From the NCBI GenBank assembly GCA_951406725.2, contig OX597816.1, positions 100,874,001 to 100,938,000 of the forward strand: 64,000 nucleotides of DNA, given 5' to 3'. Of the stretch, positions 16,834-30,724 are shown piece after piece (position 1 is the stretch's first letter; the number at the start of each line of letters is the position of its first letter). The DNA comes from Octopus vulgaris. Lineage: Eukaryota. The notes under the pieces were generated by a model. The model did no database searches. It had not been told where the DNA came from and saw only the letters and a program-made list of their open reading frames with translations. A program made the position numbers and the translations under genes.

Positions 16834-16872
<39 letters not shown>

Positions 16873-17774
16873 ATATATATATGTATATACATACACATTC
16901 TATATACATATATTTGCACTGCACATATGCAATACACATGTATGAGTGTATGTGTGTGTGTATAAAATGATGTGTATGCATGTATCTACTATATATTTCA
17001 TTGGTTACTTGTCTGCATGTACATGTGTGTATGTTGTGTGTATGTGTGTGTGTGTGTGCATGCACACAAATTACATAAACACTTACATATTCACACTCAA
17101 ATCATGAACATTTATATATACACTGTCACATACAATAAAAATAGGTGCATGACAATCAGCTGATACTTCTTGAAATGATTATTTTTTGGACCATTCTGGG
17201 GAAAAGAAAAAATCTTCAAGAAGAATATGGGGTAAAACACTCAGAGATACAACTATGAAAAACCTTAAACAGCTAATTGTATTTCAAAACAAAATGATAG
17301 ATTGTAGATTTTCAACCAGTTTTTTTTTTTTTACCTTTTGTTGTTTTTGTTTATTTATTAATTATTTTAAAAATCTTATAGTTTATATAGTGTATGTTAA
17401 TTTCTAATATCCGACCACTGGGAAAAAGCTGGATTATGTTATATAGTGGCACAGTTATCTTTATGTCTTCTATTTAATAAAAATTCAAATAATAAAAAAA
17501 AATATATCTGTTAAATTTGTGGTTGTTTTATTTTTAGAATTATTGCTTTAATTTCCTTCGGTTTTTGTTGTTGTTTTTTTTTCATCTCATGCAATTATAT
17601 CTTCATCATCTACAAGATAGACATAGTAAGTAAATCAGATGAAGCCTATCAGGAAGAAAACAGTAAGATATTGTAAGGAAAAATGAAGGGAAAGGCAATA
17701 ACAGTTAGAGAGACAAGTAATTTGCAAGTGTTAGCATTATAGATGCTGCAAACATTGAGAAAAATGTATGTTTA

Positions 17775-17915
17775 CAAGTTTAATTCTCAATCATGAGCTT
17801 CCAGGTTCAATCTCACTTCATGGCACTTAAGGCAAGTGTCTTCTGCCATAATCTTGATTTGACCAAATCCCTGAGAATCTCTTGATGGAAGGAAATTGTG
17901 AAGAACTCACCAGAT
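17775..17915 (+). mobile_element. Old SINE family A fragment
   Basis: ccaggttcaatctcac...ggcaagtgtcttctg...gaccaaatcc, a diverged match to the 35522 copy. Confidence 0.65.
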
Positions 17916-18233
17916 ATATATGCTTTTGTGTGTGTGTGTATTAGTTTGCTGTTATATCAAGTGACATATAAAAGTAATTTCCCATTAAATTGAAGAGTTA
18001 CTCAATATTTTTTGGAAGAATACATATTTATTCTTACTCTCAGCATTTTGTAAAAGTTTATATGTGTATGTGTGTGTGTATGTATGCATGCATAAATGCT
18101 TATTTAATAGATTTGTGTGATTGATATGCACTGAATGATGGACTCAGATTCCCTGTTGTAGGAAAAGTAGATGTTAAATAAGAATGATAATATATTAAGA
18201 ATTTGACTGTTAAAACTTCCAAGCAAATAGTTA

Positions 18234-18751
18234 CCGTAAATCCTCAAGTATAATCCGCATTTTTTCCCAAAATTTAAAGGTCAAAATCCCTAGTGCTATA
18301 TACAAGGTTAAAAATGAAAAATATTTTCTAGACAATGTCCGTGTCTCTATTTGCTGTCCGGCAATGTTTATTCAGATGTATTTTGTGATGCCGGGTACGA
18401 AAATTCCTTAAGCTAAGCCTGAAAGCAATGAAGTCATAAAAGAATCATCCATAACTTGCAGTAAGCAACATTTATTAAAATAAAAGTATTCAGAACACAG
18501 AATAACATGTAACAAAAAACATTTGCAAACATATTTACATTCCCATATAACAGTTAAAAACATCACCATTATTGTATTACGCATGCACAGAAGTGTTTGT
18601 TTGACTAGGTGCTGCTGGCTTAATTATGCACGACTCAAGTTAGAGAAGGGGTGCGTAATTATACACAATGTTTAGGTTTTTCAAAGGTACAGCCCCCTAA
18701 AACTCCCCTGCATATTAAACTCAAGGGTGGACTATACTCGAGGATTTACGG
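18234..18751. mobile_element. pogo/Tigger-like MITE (Tc1/mariner superfamily)
   Basis: TIRs ccgtaaatcctcaagtataatcc / ggactatactcgaggatttacgg, TA on both flanks, no ORF. Confidence 0.85.
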
Positions 18752-18779
18752 TATTGTTAACATTATACACATACATATA

Positions 18780-19150
18780 CAGGGTCCACCAGCTAAATTT
18801 GACAGTTTACATAAAAAAAAAAAGTAAACACAATACCTCATCCAAAAATAAAAGTATTTAAAAAAATAAAATAAGTCAACTAGATGATGGTTGGGGGTAG
18901 CAGTTTACTCAAAGTAGCTGCCCTCAGCTTCCACCACAGCCTCTAGTTGACTCTGGCACATGTGTTCATCACTGTGTACCTGGGGAGATCTTCAAGCATC
19001 TCCTTGATCTTGGCCACCAGCTTGGTCTTGATATTTCATAGTTGGTGTTTTTCTCAACAGCACCTGACACAGTAATCCAAGAAATTACAATCAGAGGGAT
19101 TAGAAAGCCAAAAATTGGGGCTGGTGAAGTCGTAGAAATTCACACACCGG
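18780..19150 (-). mobile_element. 3' fragment of a Tc1/mariner-superfamily (maT/DD37D-like) transposon
   Basis: Minus strand gives NFYDFTSPNFWLSNPSDCNFLDY (WPxxSPDxNPLDY-like) and LEAVVEAEGSYFE*. Terminus is ta|cagggt. Confidence 0.75.
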
Positions 19151-21245
19151 CTAGTAGTGATAACATCTAGCTACAATAATATTCTATACAGAATATAATA
19201 TCCAGCATTTTAAACAATACCAACTCTCCATCAGCATTATCATCATCATCACCACCATCATTACTTAACATCCATGTTCCATGCTGGCATGGGTTGTATG
19301 GTTTGACAGTTTGTACTTCAGTATTTGCTTTAGCATGGATTTTATGGCTGGATGCACTTCCTAAAGTCAACCCCTTTACAGATGTACTGGATGCTTTTTT
19401 TCATGCCTCCAGTACAAGTGAGGTCACCACACAGTTCACAACACTATGGACCCCTTGACAGAAAGGGAACCTCTATTGATGATAGAAACTGACAGTATCA
19501 TGGAACTTTGATAAAATTACTGGCAATATCTTGACAAAGATACCAGTTACTGAAAGATGATTGGTCCAGTCAAATAAGTATAGGGGTAAATTTTATGATG
19601 CCATATTAAAGACTTCTGTAATGCGAAAATGAAAGAAAAACCCTGCACATCTAGTTCACTATAGTATCTACAATACCTGCTTTTCAATACATTCAACATC
19701 ATCATTCCCCATTTACTTTCATTTTACCTAGTTTTGGGGTAATGAAATTTGTCAAGATAATGAATTTCTATGAGTCAAAATCATAGAGAAAGAATAAGGA
19801 CTTCTCAAAAGAATTCTCACAGTTAATGATTCTACCAATAATTATCTATCACATCTTATTTAACTTCTCTACATCAATGTAACATAGAAATGAACATTAT
19901 GTCTATTTTGCAGAAAATTTCTATATTATTATAGCAGATAATTTCTCTTTAAACATTTGTGATGCAAGGTTTCAGAAGTAAACATGATATTCTTTGATGA
20001 CATTTTTATCTCCAATGAAAGTTCCTGGACAACTCTCAGTTAAAATCACTTCTAAGTTTTGAATCAATCACTGAAAGTCAACCTACCAGGTTGCTGAAAA
20101 ATACTCCCAGTTTTCACACGACGAAATCCAAGAATTGTAATTTGCCCTATATAATGACATTAACTTGTAAAAAATATAATATGATATTTCTTTCTAAAAA
20201 AATTATGCTATAACTTAATTTGAATTTGAGGTTTCCATGTATATGTTCATTATTATCTATTTATCTGTTACAAAGTGTAAAGAAGTAACAAAATTACTAC
20301 AGACAGATAATTATAACTTGTCAGAATGCATAAAAGAAAATATCTCTTGAAACAAATGAAGGAGTAAAATTGTTATCTTTACAATCCTACATTTTTAAAA
20401 AACTTTTATCTGTCAGTAGGAGAAAAAATGGTTATTGAAGAGGGAATTGTCTGAAAGAGAAAGTTAACACATGAAATAAGACTGGATAAATCTATTGTGA
20501 GACACTTAATGTGAGTTTAAAGTACAACTTGATCCATACAGAAGATTGAAACTTGTAATAGAATAAATACATCTCTGTAAAAAGAGCTCTACAGAGATGA
20601 GTAATCCGGAAATGGTTCTAGGGCCAAGTATAACTATTAAACATGTGTTTGATAGAGAAAGTCAGAGTAACCATACCTACTCTTGTGCAATTTCCTGACA
20701 AATATTAGCTATAGACACTTGATTAAAATATTGGTTAAATCTGTGGCTGTTAGGTCATTGGACATCACTAATTTTTGGCACTGAAAATCACAAATAACTT
20801 TTTGCCAGCACAGGTATACTTTTAGTCCCCTGGAATAAACGATGTGGCATGATCTAAGTATTCAAACCAAAATATACGTCAACTACATTATAAATGAATA
20901 CTATAAAAGAATCACCAAGACAGAAAAAATCCCTCTTCAAATCATTTAAGATGATTGGAAGAGGAAATTTTTATAGAGAAAAGTAAAATAATACTCAATT
21001 TAATGAAAGAAATAAGGCATTTTGAAAAGAAAAAAGTGAGATGGAATTCCTTTTATATTAACCATCAATTCAGTGATAAGTCCAATTTCAATGATTGTTT
21101 AGAGATGTGTGCATTTTGCTATTAGAACTATTATTATTATATTAGGTATAGAGGAAACCTTAGAGTAGATCTCTTTTATTATAATCAGTGAATGAAGGTG
21201 AGCACAGACCATGACATTTCCTATCCTTCTAATATGATGAAAATG

Positions 21246-21287
21246 ATGGGCCCCACTCCCATGGTACTGCATGGGAGTGGGGCCCAT
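21246..21287. repeat. Perfect GC-rich hairpin, 18-bp stem and 6-nt loop
   Basis: atgggccccactcccatg gtactg catgggagtggggcccat. Confidence 0.95.
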
Positions 21288-22129
21288 GCGACCATTATCA
21301 TTCTTCATTTTTATATAATTTCATCTTATATTCATTCGTTTTATGTTTTTTGTACGTACTGTGGTGTCGTGTCTGTCCTTGTTGTGTCCCTCTCTGTGTT
21401 TGGGGCCTTGTGCCTAATAAAGAAATTGAAAATGATGGGACAAGTATTTACTTTGAAGTTCAGATAATGAGAAAATTGTCAGCATTACCAAATTGAGAGT
21501 TCTTGTCTTTTTTTTTTTTTTTTTTGCTCAAGAGCGAAAGCCCTTTTGGTGCCCCCTCTATTATTAAAAGTATGGTAGACAAGAGGAAATTTGCACCTCT
21601 TCACACTGACAGCCAATAGCGACTGCTGTTCTTGCCCCCACCCTCTTACTACACCCCTGAATGTAGAGAATGAGAGAATTTAAGAGAATGGAAGATCTTG
21701 AGGGAATAATTAGGCAGTGTTTCATGTGGGATCTGAGTGAAGCAAGTATGGAGGCTGTTACTTGAGAGGTGCACGGGCACACCGAATTCATTGGAGAGAA
21801 GCAGAAAGAGAAAATAGAATGTCTGAAACTAAGTGTTTGTAAAAAGTTCATAAATAATCATCATAATTGAGTCAGATATCTTCACTTTCAATGTATTGAA
21901 GGATATTTGTTTTTGGTAGCAGTGCCATACTAGACTCATAAATTCATTCTTGAGTTTTGTATTGGAATGAATGTACAAACCGGCCACTGACAGCTATTTT
22001 GTAGAATTTTGTGGATATCAGAAAAAAATCAAATGGGTAACAATTTCCTCGTTCAGTTGCAAACAAGACTGATTTTTGTTTCCACATCAGAAAGAAATAC
22101 ATATACTCATATATAAAAAGATACATGTA

Positions 22130-22160
<31 letters not shown>

Positions 22161-22755
22161 TAAGTTCTCTCCTGATTGAGAGATTACTCCATGTTGATAG
22201 TTTTGGTGATCAAGAAGACCAAATCTTATGCAAAACAGGCAACAGTAAAGATGGCAAGGATGTACTGGCAGTGGGAATAATTGTCACATCTTGCATTCTT
22301 TACATTTCTCCTTTAACTTTTCTGTTTCTTTTGTCTTCAAAACGCCATTCTACTGGTGACATTTTAAGGGTCTTTAGTAGATTTTTGTAACAATGGAAAG
22401 GCTGTCGTTATGCTCTTTTTTCAGTGGTTAATCCATTGAAGAAGACTCGACAAAGAAATCTCTCTTTTCACGTTCTAACCACACGTTCTCACCATCGTAG
22501 CACCTCTGTGCACTGAAGCTGCAATAAGTCAGGGTCGATAAGTTGAGGGATGTGAAATCTCGTTATGTTAAATAGACTACTTTTAATATCTGGAGGATAT
22601 TCAAAACGACATTATTTACAATTGACGGATATTTGTCCTTATCTTGTTTGTTGTTAACACAACGTTTCGGGTGATATACCCTCCAGCCTTAATCAGATGT
22701 CTTCGGGAAATTTAAAACCTGGGTTCTCATTCCTAAGGTATTTTTCGATGCTGTT

Positions 22756-22834
<79 letters not shown>

Positions 22835-22904
22835 TCACTGCCTGGAATCGAACTCAGAATCTTGGAGTTAGTAGCCCGCGCTCTTAACCATTACGCCAAG
22901 CATA

Positions 22905-22969
22905 TGGCGTAATGGTTAAAAGCGCAGGGCTACTAACCCCAAGATTCCGAGTTCGATTCCAGTCAGTGA

Positions 22970-22971
<2 letters not shown>
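22905..22971 (+). promoter_or_regulatory. tRNA-like Pol III internal promoter (mirror copy on minus, about 22833-22898)
   Basis: A box tggcgtaatgg, anticodon-like arm ggg-ctactaa-ccc, B box gagttcgattcc. The acceptor stem is incomplete, so it is not a real tRNA. Confidence 0.8.
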
Positions 22972-23046
<75 letters not shown>

Positions 23047-23093
23047 TCGAAAAATACCTTAGGAATGAGAACCCAGGTTCGAAATTTCCCCAA

Positions 23094-23139
23094 GATACCT
23101 GATGAAGGCTGGAGGGTATATCACCCGAAACGTTGTGTT
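23094..23139 (+). ncRNA. Type-I hammerhead motif (mirror copy 22656-22701, minus)
   Basis: gatac CTGATGA aggctggagggtatatcaccc GAAA cg TT gtgtt. Stem II is imperfect, and the mirror copy has CTGATTA. Confidence 0.65.
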
Positions 23140-25137
23140 AACAAACAAGATGAGGACAAATATCCGTCAATTGTAAATAATGTAAATAATGTACATAATT
23201 CATCATCTCTTAAATATAGAACTGTAATATTCAAAACGATTTACAGAGAAGTAAAATAGAAGCGTATAGGTGAAAGGATGCAACTCTTTTTCCATCCATT
23301 TATAATTGGAAACTATTTAAAATGTTTGTTTTGGAGAAAGCGACAACCTAACAACATTCTGCAGGGCTTGAACTAATAAGATGAAGTGATTTTGAAGTGG
23401 TTTTCATGGTTATGTGGAGGTAGCTTAGACAGAGTCATGTAAATATTTTTCCTGTTATGGAGGGTAATGATAATCCAGGTTAATTCCAAGATCTTCGGGT
23501 TCTTTTCTTGAAAATGGTGATAATAACTACACCTTAAACTTGTTTTAGGACTCACAAGACTTTTCAGTCTTTGCATACTTTCAGGATCAATAAGAAGAGC
23601 TTGGTTTACAGAAGCAGGCCACTCTCCTGGCTTCAGTAATTCAAAAGAGAGGCTGTCTGAACTCGGTGATTTTCATGTTTTCATACTCTTCATGGCATTC
23701 TAAATTTCCGAAAAGTTGGTTGGACGTTCATCTACAATTGTACAGGATGATGCAGGATATCTCTCAAAAATTATTCCGTTGTTGTTGAACTCAGCAGCGA
23801 GGGAAAATGTTCCTTCCAGCATTCAAGGATATCTTGTAGCTCTGTCACATTGTTGTCTGCGGCTAAGAGGCTGTCCGTTGATATCCATATTAAACAAAGC
23901 ACTTACTTTACTTTAGTAAAGAAGTTTAGGAAATTGCAAGCGTTTGCTTAATTTTGAACATCTGTTGCTTTGTGGATCAACCAGTCATTCTGCATTTGTC
24001 TGATCTTCGTTTGACTAATTTAAATCTTGATTTTTGCCTCCTGTTTGTGTGATGTCTGAGCCGCTTGCTTTTCAACGATTTATTTCCTGATTCCAACTTT
24101 GTTGTCATCAAACTAACTGATCTCAGTTATGATGCCTTGTATTAATGACCATTCTTTACTCAGAAACCAATGGCAGTGCTGGGGTTTAAGAAATGAGATC
24201 AAAGTGAATAGCTATTTGAAAGTTATTGCTGATGACAAAAAGCCTTAAAATATCGTATATTCTTTGAGATAATAAAGCCTACTGAGATGGTAATCCCTGT
24301 TTTTTTTTCTTTGGGCCTGTCCTAAATGTGATTTTCTTGCTGTGATGACGAGGCAGAGATCTACCCAACAATCAACAGCACTGGGAGCTGTTCTAATAAA
24401 GACAATGCCTTTTTAGTTTGTCTTAGTGTCGGACGATGGTGTAGTCCAGAAGGTGCCAGTGTCTTGAAAGTGGATCAATCTACGTAGTCTTGAATCTGTT
24501 GGGGAGTTGGACCTGATTGTTGGTTAAATAGAGTGTTTCAAGCAGAGACCAAAGTTTACTGAAATTGCATTTCTCGATGCCTCTTTTACCAGTGTTAAGT
24601 CTCCGTAATGGTTTCTCCGTAATGTTTCTCCCTACTCCAAAGAGTAGAAGGTGTTCTCTTGTACTTTCAAAAATAGTGTTGTAGATATAAATAGATTCTT
24701 CATACATGCTTCATCATCAAGACATTTAGCATAAGCTGAAATGAGCATGATAAATTTGTTTTGAGGTAATGATACACAAAAAGACATTAGTCGTTCGTTG
24801 ACAGCAGTTTCAAATAGTTCATGGTCTCGGAAGATCTTGACCTTAACTAAAAAATTAAATCCTTGGATTTACTAAACTCATTTCTAATTTCAAAAAAAGT
24901 TTAATCAGAACCTGTCGCTACAAGTTTGTTATTTTCTCTCCATAAGCGTTGTGTACCACACAGCGTTGCGATATTGAAAGAGTTCTTTCGAGACAAATGA
25001 GATACACTGCACTGGTCTTTCATTACTATTTAAATCAAGAAGTATCTTTTTACATTCCAAAGATCAGGTTGGTGAACCCAGATTCAGTTTTCATAGAATG
25101 TTGAGCCAAGGAAGGGTGACCCACTGGATGCAGCTGG

Positions 25138-25201
<64 letters not shown>

Positions 25202-25206
25202 GTATG

Positions 25207-25240
<34 letters not shown>

Positions 25241-25379
25241 CGTGTGTGTGTGCGTGTGTGTGTGTGTGTATGTATGTATATATGTATGTAGTTACATGCA
25301 GTTAAATATATGTCCGGTCCATAAAGCGCTTAGTTTTACGGATGACTATATATATAAGTAAATGTACTGAGTTGTAACC

Positions 25380-25900
25380 ATAAAATGTTCATTTTCACAT
25401 TCCTATCAAAACGGTGTATACTCCCAGTTCCTTTTATTGGAGAATCCATCTGAGAGTTCCAATATAATAGCAAACTACCCCACCATAAATTGTCTGCAAT
25501 GGAAAATATCGATGACACATATCTACTAATGTAGTTGACTAGTTCCTCGAGATAGTGTGACGTGGTCTGATTATCTGTGTATATATACTAGTTTCTTACG
25601 CAGTCTGTGGTATGATTTGAAATTAGAATTATCTATTGCGAAGGTCGTGTCTAGAAAATAGCCGGTTACATGGTTAGTACTTACTTATATTAAGTTCCAT
25701 TTCTTGAAATAATTTAGATTTTTCTGAAATCTATGCAACTTATGAACATTAAACTTTCCTGTATGTTCCCATGGAAATATTGAACAATTTGTCGCACTTT
25801 TCTTGACCTGTATTTCGTTATCACATTCATAAATACATCATTAATATCAGGGATTCTTCCAGCAGAATCTAGAGACGTCATTACTAAATAAATAGACGTC
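25380..25900 (+). mobile_element. Possible very decayed PLE reverse-transcriptase remnant
   Basis: Frameshifted fragments YQNGVYSQ, WK..IDDTY and PWKY occur in PLE RT order. Weak. Confidence 0.3.
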
Positions 25901-26090
25901 TAGTATTTTTAAGTGCATGAATCAACAATTTTTCTCTTTATCTCGCGAAACCAAATTAGCACTTTCAAACTGTTATACCACAACCTTAAACAAGAAACTG
26001 TTTTACATCGAAAATAATTTTTTTTCTGATATTCTTTTACTAACTATACTTGCCCTACTCTGGCTTCATACATATCTATGCACGCACAAA

Positions 26091-26175
<85 letters not shown>

Positions 26176-26324
26176 AACATATATATATAAATTATAGAAA
26201 AACCACTATTATGAATTCAAACAATGATAGACATAAGCCAAATCATAAACAAAAAAAATATTTTTAAAACATACAACTAGATCAAAAAAAGTACAAAAAT
26301 GAATAATCAATATATAAGTAAACA

Positions 26325-26425
26325 AATTACGTACGTTTCATGGCTATAATTAAATTCGAATTACAATTAAATTTAAATTCAATCGAAAATCAATTCAATT
26401 TAAAATTATAGTCACTCTTCAGGTT
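26325..26425 (-). ncRNA. Type-I hammerhead with long stem II
   Basis: Minus: aac CTGAAGA gtgactataat...attatagccat GAAA cgtacg TA att. Stem I is mismatched. Confidence 0.7.
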
Positions 26426-27407
26426 AATAATAATAACAATAATAGTTAAATAAATAAGCAAATAGAATTAAACAACAATAATGATTTTTCTTATATATAT
26501 ATAATATAGATTTGTTATAAATGACAGTCTAGTTTATGGTTTGTGATAATGTTTTATATATTAGTCAATATGACTTTGTATTATATATTTCGAATTAGAT
26601 TTATTTTAGCTGTTTATTTCATTAATTAATATAATTTATTAATGAATATTAATTACATTATAGTTTTTAGATTAACTTAAGTATATTAAATTAGTGGTTA
26701 TAAAATTGATACTGATTGAATTAGTACTGAGTTGATATATCTAGATGTTGATTTGTTCGAATAAAGGTTGGGCTCCAGCGTAACCATATTTATATGCATG
26801 AAATAAATAAATATGTATAAGAATATTAGAGAATATACAGTAAATTGTAGTTATATAAATTAATTTAACAGTATGGTAATTTGAGCATATTTATATTTTA
26901 TCATAGTTGATTCTAAATTTTAGTTTTATAGTGAATGATATCCTACTGTTTAGTGATTTTATTCTCTCTTAGAGATTTTCTTCCCTTTTTCTGTTAAAGC
27001 TAAAATATATTTATAGTTTTCATTGATAAAATGTATATTTCATCTGTTTGTTCTATTTCTTTAAGCCACGTAATTCACGAGTTATTCATAAACGCTAAGT
27101 AATACGTTTTTCGTTTTGAAATTTTTTAGTTCATAATACACCTTTTGGAGAGATAAGTAAACATTTTTATTTAAGAAATATTAATGTACTCTATATAAGT
27201 ATTGATTGTTAAATATGAATTTCTAATCTTTTTTTATTTGTTAATGATAATTTAGATAAGTACATTTATTTAATTATTATTATTTTATAATTATTATATC
27301 TGAACGTAAATTGTAAAATTTTAGTTTGTCACTTTGTGATTTAGATTGTAAAAATGTTTTTGTTTAACTAAAAGTTCTTATATTTCTAGTACTATTATAT
27401 TTAATAA

Positions 27408-27638
<231 letters not shown>

Positions 27639-28218
27639 TAAATATTTTATAAACGATAAGTTATACGTTTTTACTTTGGAATTTTTCATTTCTTATTTTT
27701 TTATTTCATAAATATTTTCGAAATATATCTATAACATTTATCTAAATAATAATGGAGTAATTTATTTATTTTTTATATGTTTATTGATAGAAAAATATGG
27801 ATTTTTAATTACTATATTTGTCGATTATAATTTAGATACGTATTTTTATATATTTATTATTTCATAATTATTATATATGAACTAAAATCTAAAAAATATT
27901 AAGAATGATTGTTTTGTAAAATAACTTGGTTATCAAATATTAGAGTATAGCTAGGTTAAGGATATTCCATAGTTTATTAATGTTTTTTATTAAGCTCAAT
28001 TATATCTTCACACATAAATACATTTTTCTATCTATTTACTCTATTTTTTACCTTAAATATTTAGCATAATAAATGTATTGTAGGCAACTGGTCCTAATGT
28101 TTTCAGTTTCAAATTTAGTTAATGGAGTTTCTTCTGTAAGAAAAATCATTATTTTATTTTAATAAATATTGTTTAATTCTATTTGCTTATTTATTTAACT
28201 ATTATTGTTATTATTAGT

Positions 28219-28320
28219 AACCTGAAAGAGTAACTATAATTCTAAATTGAAGTGATTTTCGATTAAATCTAAACTTAATTGTAATTCGAATTTAATTATA
28301 GCCATGAAACGTACGTAGTT
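28219..28320 (+). ncRNA. Type-I hammerhead, mirror copy
   Basis: aac CTGAAAGA gtaactataat...attatagccat GAAA cgtacg TA gtt. One extra A in the core; stem I aac/gtt is intact. Confidence 0.65.
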
Positions 28321-29331
28321 TTTTTTACTTATTATATATTGATTATTCATTTTTGTACTTTTTGTGATCTAGTTATATGTTTTAAAAAATATATTTTATT
28401 TTCTATTTATGATTTGGTTTATGTTTATCATTGTTTGAATTGTATAATAGTGGTTTTTCACTAATTTATATATTATCTATTTATATTGTGAAATTTGATT
28501 TAATACTAAATTGAATTTTTCCCTGTAAGTTTGGAGTTATGCTCCCTAATATTATATATATATATATATGTATGTATGTATATAGGTGTGTGTATGTGAG
28601 TGTATGTGAGTGTGCGTGTGTCTGTATGTAGTTGTGTGTGTATGCATGTGTGTGCGTGTATACGCATGTGTACATGTGTATGTACGTGTGTATGTATGTG
28701 TGCGTGTGAGAGACAGAGTGTGTGTGTGGGAGAGAGAGGGAGTGAGAAAGAGAGAGAGAAAGAGAGAGAGAGCGGCTGTGTCTTTTTCAGCTCCCGTCTT
28801 AGCATTTACTTCATCTTTCTACAAATACTTTTTTACGTCTCAAATGACCTCATTCTTTCCTACTTGCGTTACTTTCGAACAACTGAACTCTGTTATATTT
28901 CCGAAAGGCTTTCCAATGTATATATATAAAAATACCTGTGTCGTTTATTATTTGTTTGTTTTCATTATCGCCCTTACTTTATTATTCTAAATATTTTCCC
29001 TTTGTCTTCATAACTCGTTCTTTTTGCTGTTTAGTCTACTGATACTGTTTATGTTTGTACTTACCTCATTCTGTTATTCGGCGGAGGTAAAGGACATGGA
29101 CCGCACCCTTTTTCCGTTATTTTTTCTACTGAAACCCATCTTTTGGACTGCAGGGAATATATGTCGATATGTATTGATATATATAAATACGCATTTTATG
29201 TTGAATTTATAACTGTATGAGTATGTTGGAAAAGTCGATGGCCTAATTTGAGTTTATATCTTAATTTATAACTTTTGAGTCGGGTTCGACCCGAACACTT
29301 CTTAAGAAGTTCTATATATTTCGTAAGAAAG

Positions 29332-29373
<42 letters not shown>

Positions 29374-29820
29374 AGGCGGGAAGAAACGCTGTAATGCTAA
29401 GCGCTTTATGGACATGAAACCCAGAGTTATCCCATAGACCGACCACATCTATCTTTATCTGTGTAACTTAGAGCGTGCTTCTTTTTCGGATTTATGATTT
29501 ACTGATGATCCATCTCGCTCCCCGGGCAGAGTGTTTTACAAAGACCACGTAGTTTGTGTCAAACAGCTGTCCGACTGGTCGCATTTCTATATATTCCCGG
29601 AAACCACATCAAACTCTAAGTGACAGGTTTGTGATAATTTTGCAGCTTTAATAAAAGCATATTACTCTGCCTTGGGTATGCGAAAGCAATTTTTTCCACC
29701 TTGTTTTGCATTTATGCACTCACTTGTGTATATGTACATACATACATGCATATATTCATACATGCATGCATGCATACATATACACACACATACATACATA
29801 CATTCACACACACACACACA

Positions 29821-30150
29821 CACCGGCTTAACAGCCCTCACCGTTTGTTTTTACTGTCTTGTTCTCACTGTTCAGTTTTTGTTACCACTTTCACCCTCCG
29901 CAAAAATCCCAAATTTTATTTCATTTGCTCAGGGGGAAGGACTTTTTTAACGAAGTCACGTATTGTCCTTACCTTCGAAACGCGTAGAAGATAAACCAGG
30001 GGACAACTGATGAAGGGAATGTTCTTTATGTTGCATGTCTCGTTTCTCTATTTTTTATTTCGCTGTTCAAAAAAAGCTCGTTTTCAATGTTTTTGTTTTT
30101 ATGTTTTCGTTTCTCATTGTGCCGACGTATTTTTTATGTCCTGTACCCAT
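29821..30150 (+). mobile_element. PLE pseudo-LTR-like repeat with decayed HHR (29942-29990); second copy 32171-32295
   Basis: Starts caccggcttaac (GLN-like codons) and contains ttaacga ag...cttc GAAA cgcg TA gaag. About 125 bp is repeated at 32171. Confidence 0.6.
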
Positions 30151-30243
30151 ATATGCATGTATATATACATATATATGTAAGTATGTACATATATGTATGT
30201 ATATATGCATATATTATATATTATTTATTCATATATATGTATG

Positions 30244-30300
<57 letters not shown>

Positions 30301-30304
<4 letters not shown>

Positions 30305-30724
30305 ATATTTCGGAATGGTCATATTGCCAGTTTAGCCAATAAAAACACACGCACTATATATTTGGTGTTATTTTGCTTCAGTGATATTTATTTTTTACAT
30401 TAATCTTAATCTTATTTCGGCCAAAGTTCTTTCGTCACACTCCTGTGACCGCATCAGTGGTCCACACATTGTTTTATAAAACGAAGCTGTTGCGTTGTCA
30501 CAGTTTTCTTTAGGCAACAAAATATAGTGTTCTTCAGCATCTTGCAAGCCTGGCTGTGGCTCGCGTTAGTACGTTTAAATATTTGTTGTGCAAGATTTTT
30601 TATGGCTAAACTGGCAATATGATTTTTTATGGCTAAACTGGCAATATGACCATTCCGAAATATAACAATATCTGTTTCAACACACGACTTCACATAAAAA
30701 ATCTTGCACGACAAATATTTAAAC

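Larger units (their letters stand above)
22610..23226. mobile_element. Head-to-head inverted dimer of a tRNA-head + hammerhead element with 13-bp TSD
   Basis: Arms of about 290 bp are inverted around a 6-nt spacer (22899-22904). The direct repeat atattcaaaacga flanks them at 22597-22609 and 23227-23239. Confidence 0.9.
21700..24870 (-). mobile_element. Decayed RTE-clade LINE, interrupted at 22610-23226
   Basis: Minus-strand motifs MLISAYA and SRHWHLLDYTIVR (APE endonuclease), FPIINGWKKSCILSP (RT QGCxLxP-like) and terminal ASLRSHMKH. Many frameshifts; ends approximate. Confidence 0.8.

Noticed and set aside
22905-22971. tRNA gene with ACT anticodon
   Set aside because: The 5' acceptor strand is missing, and it is the head of a TSD-flanked repeat.
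29498-29616. CTGATGA...GAAAccacaTC possible hammerhead
   Set aside because: Stems II and III are unconvincing.
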